This document shows, in pieces, positions 52,945-64,000 of a DNA stretch of 64,000 nucleotides (its first letter is position 1; every line of letters starts with the position of its first letter). Location of the stretch: positions 8,308,001-8,372,000 of the forward strand of contig OZ176052.1 in NCBI GenBank assembly GCA_964247055.1. Direction: 5' to 3'. Origin of the DNA: Paragordius varius. Lineage: Eukaryota > Animalia > Nematomorpha. The notes beneath the pieces were generated by a model. That model did no database searches and had not been told where the DNA came from. It was given only the letters and a program-made list of their open reading frames with translations. The position numbers and the translations under genes are program-made.

Positions 52945-53770
52945 AGACAAAATTTTTATGGAAACTATTTTAAAATATTTTTCAATTATTTACTAGTTAA
53001 ACTAACTATTAAAATCCTAATAGTTATATTTTGTTTAGTGAAAAAACTTATATATCAAAATAAAACTAAAAAATATTGTTTTGTATTTTTATTTTTTTGT
53101 CATATGGTTTATGAGTATATAAAAAATATACAGTATTATTTTGGAGTGTTACATGAGCGGAAATTATAAATATATAAATTTATGTAAAATATTTCAAAAG
53201 TAGTGGTATCAACCAACAATCCTTATAAATTCCTGGAATAGGTTTATTTAACGCAAATTAATATTACTGGGTTTGTACGGATTTTTGGTTGTTTTTCCAC
53301 TATTTGTACATCCTATTTTGTATTAATTTAGATACTTTATAATTTCCGCCCATGTGAGATTCCAAAATTAAGCTGTAAATTTTTTATACACATTAACCAT
53401 ATCAAAAAATTAAAAAATAAAAAACAATATTTTTTTAGTTTTATTTTGATATATATGTTTTTTACTGATGAATATTAAGTGAGTTTAGCTAGTAAATAAT
53501 TAAAATTATTTTAATATAGTTTCATAAAAAATTTGTCTTTTAAGTACGTTAATAGGAAATTTGCTCTAAATTTTTTATTTGAATTTAGGCTATTATGACA
53601 TTTCATATTCTATCATTATTTTTTTAATTATCCTTAGTTTTCACTTTTTGCCCGAATTTTATTAAAATATTTCAAAAACTGGTATCAATACGGCAAATGA
53701 ATTCGCTGGTTATAAGCATCTACTGTAAAAAAATTTTTGTTAAAAAAATAATGTTTTTTGCACAGAGTGT
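52945..53770. mobile_element. Truncated, diverged copy of the 36857-38141 foldback
   Basis: Shares the central hairpin (GTAGTGGTATCAACCAACAATCC...GGATTTTTGGTTG) and the right end TTTTTGCACAGAGTGT. Confidence 0.75.
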
Positions 53771-56111
53771 CCATATACATTTAGCCAATTGTATATAGTG
53801 ATTTACAAAATTCAACAAATGGTCGTGAAAGAGACTAACACCTAATGTTTGGGATAATTATATACCCAATCATTTAAAAATTAAATATCTTAAAAAATTT
53901 TAGAATCGGGACAAACTTAAAAATATGTTTTGAGGTTTGACGCATGATAGAAAAAAATGTTTGCAAAAATGTTTAATTGTAAAATCCTCATCTCAAACCT
54001 TTTCGACGCCATTTTTTCCATTTTTCTTTAAATTTTAAAAATATAGTTTACTTTGGAAATATTTAAAATTACATTTTATCAGCCTTTAATATTTTTTAAT
54101 TTTACCTGCTTCAATAGTGTTTTGGAGCTATCTGAGTTTGGGTTGAAGATAAGAAAAGGTATTTCTTTTTTATTTAATACTGGAGAAGAGAGTTTGATAA
54201 TTAAATTTTAACTAAAACATCTTTTAAAACAATAGTTTCTCTACTATGGTATAAAAAAACTACTTAAAATTGTCATCACGTACAAAAATATGAATGTAAT
54301 GAATGTTAAATGATGATTTTTTATGTATTGAGTTTTTATTTTTTTTTAATTATGAGGTTTAAAAGATAAAAATTATAATTAGCCCAAAATCTCAAATGCT
54401 TATTAGTATGGGACTTTTAAATTGTTCTGGAATAAGTCATTCCAAAAATAATGAAATGTTAAGATATTTATTTTAACCTGGTAGGTTAAAAACCCCTAAA
54501 TTAGCACATATCAGTGCGGTAAAAATTCACCCTAATGAATTCTGCTACAAAAAAGGTGTCGTGGCTTTTTAAAAGCTAAATCCACATTTGAGGTAATATA
54601 TATCAAAAAATGGATGAATTAGCACTCTCTTAGCTAAATAAACAAAATTTATCACTTAAACATATAAAATCTATGTAACACTATTCAAATTCGGTAACTA
54701 TTGACCCCAGACCATATTTAATTTGTCAAAAAAACTTCTGAAAGAGACGATTCCAATTTTAATCGATGCTTCTATCCCAATAAAAATTTCAGAAATAAGC
54801 CAAAATATCGAAATTAAATTTAGTTTTGAAAAAAATTCCATAACAAACTACTCTGACATTTTTATTTCAGACCTTTTTGCGAAATATCGTGTTTTTCATT
54901 ATAATGCTAAAATTAAAGTTATTTTATTAAAATCAATCTATCATTAGCATATCGATTCAAATTGGGATAATACCCCGGACTATATTTAAGTTGATATTTC
55001 TAAAAAACTACTAAAAGAGACGATCTCAATTTAAAGAAATGCTTCTATCCTAATAAAATTAATATAAATAAGTTAAAAATATGTGAATAATATATAGTTT
55101 TTAAAAAGTTCCATATCAAACCATTTCGATGTTATTATTTTCACAAAGTTTTTGGAAATATCGGGTAACATCAATATAAGAAGGTGGTATATTTTGCATT
55201 ATTATTAAATTTAACTAATTTCGCCTATAAAATATAAGAAACATCAAGTATTTTTTATTGTTCAATTTGCCATGGTTTTACTTCATTCCATATTTTCAAA
55301 AGTATTTGATTTTTAACAAGAGCTTTTAAATACCCTGAATTGAAGGACTGAAACGAATGTGTTGTAAAATATAAAGTGGCTTACTAATGCACATATGTGT
55401 TATGTTGATTAAATTTTTACCTTCAGGTTTATCCATAAAATAAGTAATATCATTTTTTATCAATTTTTTTATATTTAATGTTACATAAGTGCAAACTTTG
55501 GCAATGGTTAAAAATTACATATTATTTGATATCTTTAACTAAAAACAGGCTTGGTCAACGACTACACTTCGAATCGAAGGACTTAAATGAATATGTTGCA
55601 TCGAGTATTAAAATGAAAACATATATTTACATCAAATTTCACATATTGGTTGCAGAAGTCTTGGATTTTGGGCCCTTTAAAAATGAGATAGTTTCTGAGA
55701 ATACAAAAAACCGAAATTGCGCAAGTATTTTTAACACTTCTTAACCTTATTTTTGGTTGACGATTATATTTGCGGTAGTTTTACACCATCAAACTTGTAA
55801 AAAACTGCTAATTAATGGTATCTTGCTTGAAATTTTTTTTAACATTTTTCTTCTAATTTCAATATATTTCTTACAGTTTATAATTCCAGACTGCAAAAAA
55901 TACTTTTATAATAAACAATCTCATATTAAAAAAACAAATTTGCATTTAATAATAATTTAAAACGTTTTTAACACTTCGATTCAAATTGGGGTAGCCAAAT
56001 ACCCCAGACCAAATTTATATTAATATTTTTAAAAATCTACTGAAGGAAAGGGACCCAATTTAAATTTATGCTTCTATCCTAAAATTATATAAATATGCCA
56101 AATTATCTTAA

Positions 56112-56693
56112 CACTTCGATTCAAATTGGGGTATCTAAATACCCCAGACTAAATTTTAATTCAAATTTTTAAAAAAATACTGAAGGAAACGGTCCCAATT
56201 TAAATTTATGCTTCTATCCTGATAACTATTATATAAATATGCCAAAATATCTTGATAAATTTTAGTTTTGAAAAAAAAGTTCCATCTCAAACTACTTCGA
56301 CGCCATTTTTATTTTACAAAAATTTAGCAAAATATGGTCTCCATTTAATTTTAAGGGTAAAACTAAAGCTTATTTTTTATATAAATTACATCTAACATTA
56401 ATAGAAATAGAAAAAGCGGTTTATTTTGTATTATTTTTTAATTTTACAATTTGACACATGTCACGTTGACTAAATTTTTACCTTTCAGTTTTAGCTCAAA
56501 ATAAGTAATATCAAGTATTTTTGAATAAAATTTTTTATATATTTCGGTTTATTAATGTTATATAAGTGCAAAATTTTGCCATGGTTTCGATTGCTTCCAT
56601 ACTTTTTAAAGTATCTGATTTTAAACAGGCCTGGGGTATCCAACTACCCCAATTTGAATCGAAGGACTAAAATGAGTGTGTTGTATCCAAGTG
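56112..56693 (-). mobile_element. piggyBac-type MITE (copy F), preceded by a partial end duplication at 55972-56107 and degenerate copies at ~54720-55620
   Basis: TTAA|CACTTCGATTC...TATCCAAGTG|TTAA; close to copy A. Confidence 0.85.
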
Positions 56694-56699
56694 TTAAAA

Positions 56700-58153
56700 T
56701 AATTTTGTGTTGAAAAAAAACCTCCATGTCAAACTACTTCGACGCCATTTTTATTTTATAAAATTTTTGCAAAATATCATCTTCATTTAATTTTAAGGGT
56801 AAAATTAAAGATAATCTTTTATTTAAATTACATGTAACATTGGGTGGGGTGATAAAAAAGTCGCACTTGACTTGTAAGCCAAGCGTGGCAAGTTGAGCAA
56901 GATTACTTAAGCCAGCAAGTGTACACTTGAAGATCGGTGATAAAAAAAACACTTAAGTCAAGTCTTTTGCTTATGAATGTAAAAGTTTTTGCCACCCAAT
57001 TCGAATTTTATGGAAATTTTTTGATCATTTTCAGCTAAAAATTAGAATTAAGGCACAAAAAGATAAACAATAAATACAATATGCATTTATTGAAGTTTTT
57101 TAAACTCACTGGCACGTATCTTATATAATATTGTAGAGTTTTCTAAATTGTGAGCTTGGTAATAATTTTTAGATTGATGAAACCATTCGCCCTTAAAACA
57201 CTTTCCATTATTTTACCACACTACTTATTTTGTTTGGAGTTTAGTTGAAAATATAATGGGAAGATGTTTATACAATATAACATAATTATTTTTAATTGAT
57301 TATAAACATTACATTCGAAATAAATTTATGATGAAATAAATTCTTTACATTGGATAAAAGTGAAGGTTGCTTTTAATAAATGAATTGAAATCACAAGATT
57401 AATATTAAGAAATTTTCGAGAGTCCAATTTTTTTGCGGTCACAGAATTGATATATTTAGCATATTTTTATGTGCCATGTTATTTAATATTAGCAGAGTTT
57501 TTCTATAAATTTATCCTCTTTTGTATCCACCCAATGAATAGATTAATTAGCCAAAATTTACTAAATTAACAATTTATAGAATTAATAAAGGTTTGAATTA
57601 CATATAAAACCTAAATTTTGTATATAAATAGTTTCCAAAATAATTTTATCCATATTTTTAAATCTGTCAAGTGTGCCCTACACCACACTTGCAAAATCTT
57701 TAAGTTTTACTTGAACATATGATTTTTTATCACCTCCTTATCAAGTTTTCTCGCTTGACTTAAGTGCCCTAATGTTAAATTTTTTTATCACATGAAAGCA
57801 AGCCATGACTTGAAAAACTTGCAAGTCAAGTCAAAAAAATTTTTTAATCACCCGACCCATTGATAGAATTAGAAAGAGCGGTTTATTTTGCATTATTTTT
57901 TGATTTTATAATTTCACACATGTCAAGTTGACGAAAATTTAACCTTACGGTTTCAGCTTAAAATAAGTAATATCATATCTTTTGATTTAATTTTTTATAT
58001 ATTTCGGTTTATTAATGTTATATAAGTGCAGAATTTTGCCATAGTTTCAATTCCTTCCATGCTTTTTAAAATATTTGATTCTAAACAGGCCTGGGGTATC
58101 TAATTACCCCAATTTGAATCGAAGAACTAAAATGAGTCTGTTGTATCCAAGTG
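56700..58153 (-). mobile_element. piggyBac-type MITE (copy G), truncated and split by a 1-kb TIR element
   Basis: MITE sequence stops at ...TAACATT(G) (56841) and resumes at (C)ATTGATAG (57859), ending TATCCAAGTG|TTAA. Confidence 0.8.
56842..57858. mobile_element. 1017-bp non-autonomous TIR element, superfamily unassigned
   Basis: Ends GGGTGGGGTGATAAAAAA / TTTTTAATCACCCGACCC; iterated ACTTGAC(TT) / AAGTCAAGT motifs in both arms; duplicated target ATT (or CATTG). Confidence 0.8.
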
Positions 58154-58469
58154 TTAATATATTTGTCAGTTGGTTACCAATGAAAAAAATCGGCACAAAT
58201 GCATGATGCACCTAAAAGAGTGAAAATATTTTAATTTTCTGGGCACAAAACATAATTAGGTCTGATAATTTTATTTGAAATTTTTCTTAACAGCCTCAAT
58301 AAGAAACGAATTTGGAATTTTCTATATTATATTACCGCCTCAATCCCTCTCTACAACCCTTTCACAATAAATTAAATTATTCAGCTGTTGCTACAGTTTC
58401 CGTTCTCCAGGGCCTACAGCTTAGTAAAAAATTTGTTCTAAAATTTTGTTCTAGAAGTGTAGTTTTTAA

Positions 58470-62891
<4,422 letters not shown>

Positions 62892-64000
62892 TTTTTGAGC
62901 CTTATTTTTATATAGCCCATCTCCTTCAATCCATTTGATAGTCATTTTATCTATATATATTATACTGGATTTTTATACATCATATATTGTGCAACCGAGT
63001 GTGTAAATTTTAACACGGTTCGGGTGATGGTGTTTTTCTGGAAAAACACTGTTTCAATAAAAAATCTCAATATGGCGCTAAGATTAAATACCTATAGTTC
63101 CGTGTTCAAACTGCAAACTTATGCAATCGTAATATATACGTATTATTCCCACATTTTTGCATATATATAAGCAGAAGACATGAACACATACATGGATAAA
63201 AGAATATATAGTTATATGCACAATATATTTATAACTGTTTTGTACATATTTATACAATTATATATATCTATATATTAATATTTATAACTCTTTATTCTCT
63301 ACAAAAATATTTATAAAATTAATATAAAAATATACCAAAAAATATACAAAGAATCTAGATAATATAGTTTAACCTTATTGATGATGTGTTGACCTGCTTG
63401 ACAGTATGGTTTTACGAAAAAAAGTTGAATTATAAAAAAGATAGAATTGAGAGCGCCTTTTATTATTTGTATGATTTTGATTTTTTATTCTTTCATGGAT
63501 TAATTTTTTTCCAAATTATATTTCCTACATTTGCATGATTACATTTATATCAATCTATATCTTTAAGAAATATGCTTGGTTCATTTATATGCTTATATAT
63601 GTATTGGTTTAACCAATAATTACGCCTTTGTTTAAATAAGTTCCACATTTTTATTGCATATATACATTAGTTTATCCATTTATCAATTGTTTTATAATTT
63701 ATCCAAATTGTAGTGTTATTATTGCCTTATTTCTTATTCAATCTTAAGTTCACCATTTGATTCTGTAATAATAGTAAGTATACATGTATTAAATATTTTT
63801 GCGTTCGTTATCAATATACTTTTTGGCGCAGCACTCACAATTATCATTTTGTGATAAAGAATTACTAATTTTTGATGGCTAAAATATTGTGTAACCACAG
63901 TACATAAAATAGGATGGAAATAAAGGCAATATATTTGATTTATGTTTGTATCTAATAGAATTTTTTAATGGTTAAGTGATATGCAAATAATTTTTTTGTG

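Noticed and set aside
33741-56952. Recurrent ORFs such as MPKYLDKILF.. and ..[12 protein letters not shown].. (35397, 40917, 44567, 54723, 56734)
   Set aside because: Chance reading frames within copies of the same non-coding piggyBac MITE.
62892-64000. AU-rich elav 3' region as an autoregulatory element
   Set aside because: Plausible from family knowledge, but indistinguishable from the genome-wide AT-rich background.

Overview
Eukaryotic (metazoan) genomic DNA, very AT-rich (roughly 25% GC by eye). There are no prokaryotic features, and I could not assign the species from the sequence. I reconstructed four spliced genes by hand: (1) a ~1,950-2,000 aa secreted protein (10378-18580, probably to 19999) with two beta-defensin-like Cys modules, two goose-type lysozyme domains that both lack the catalytic Glu, a Ser/Thr stalk, about four copies of an unrecognised ~210-255 aa repeat and a Tyr/Arg/Asn tail; (2) DLGAP5/HURP/Mars (minus, 25374-33359); (3) carboxypeptidase E (42184-47883); (4) ELAV/Hu (58485-62891). 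There is also a single-exon secreted orphan (23735-24394). The most striking observation is a class of 22-27 nt GT-AG introns: two are forced by homology, two by frame and stops, and two more are inferred. They sit in the same genes as kilobase, transposon-filled introns. The intergenic and intronic space, especially 33.5-60 kb, is a nest of DNA transposons: at least 8 copies of a TTAA piggyBac-type MITE, hAT remnants, Tc1-like MITEs and long foldback palindromes, several nested. Exon boundaries come from manual GT-AG and phase analysis and need RNA confirmation.
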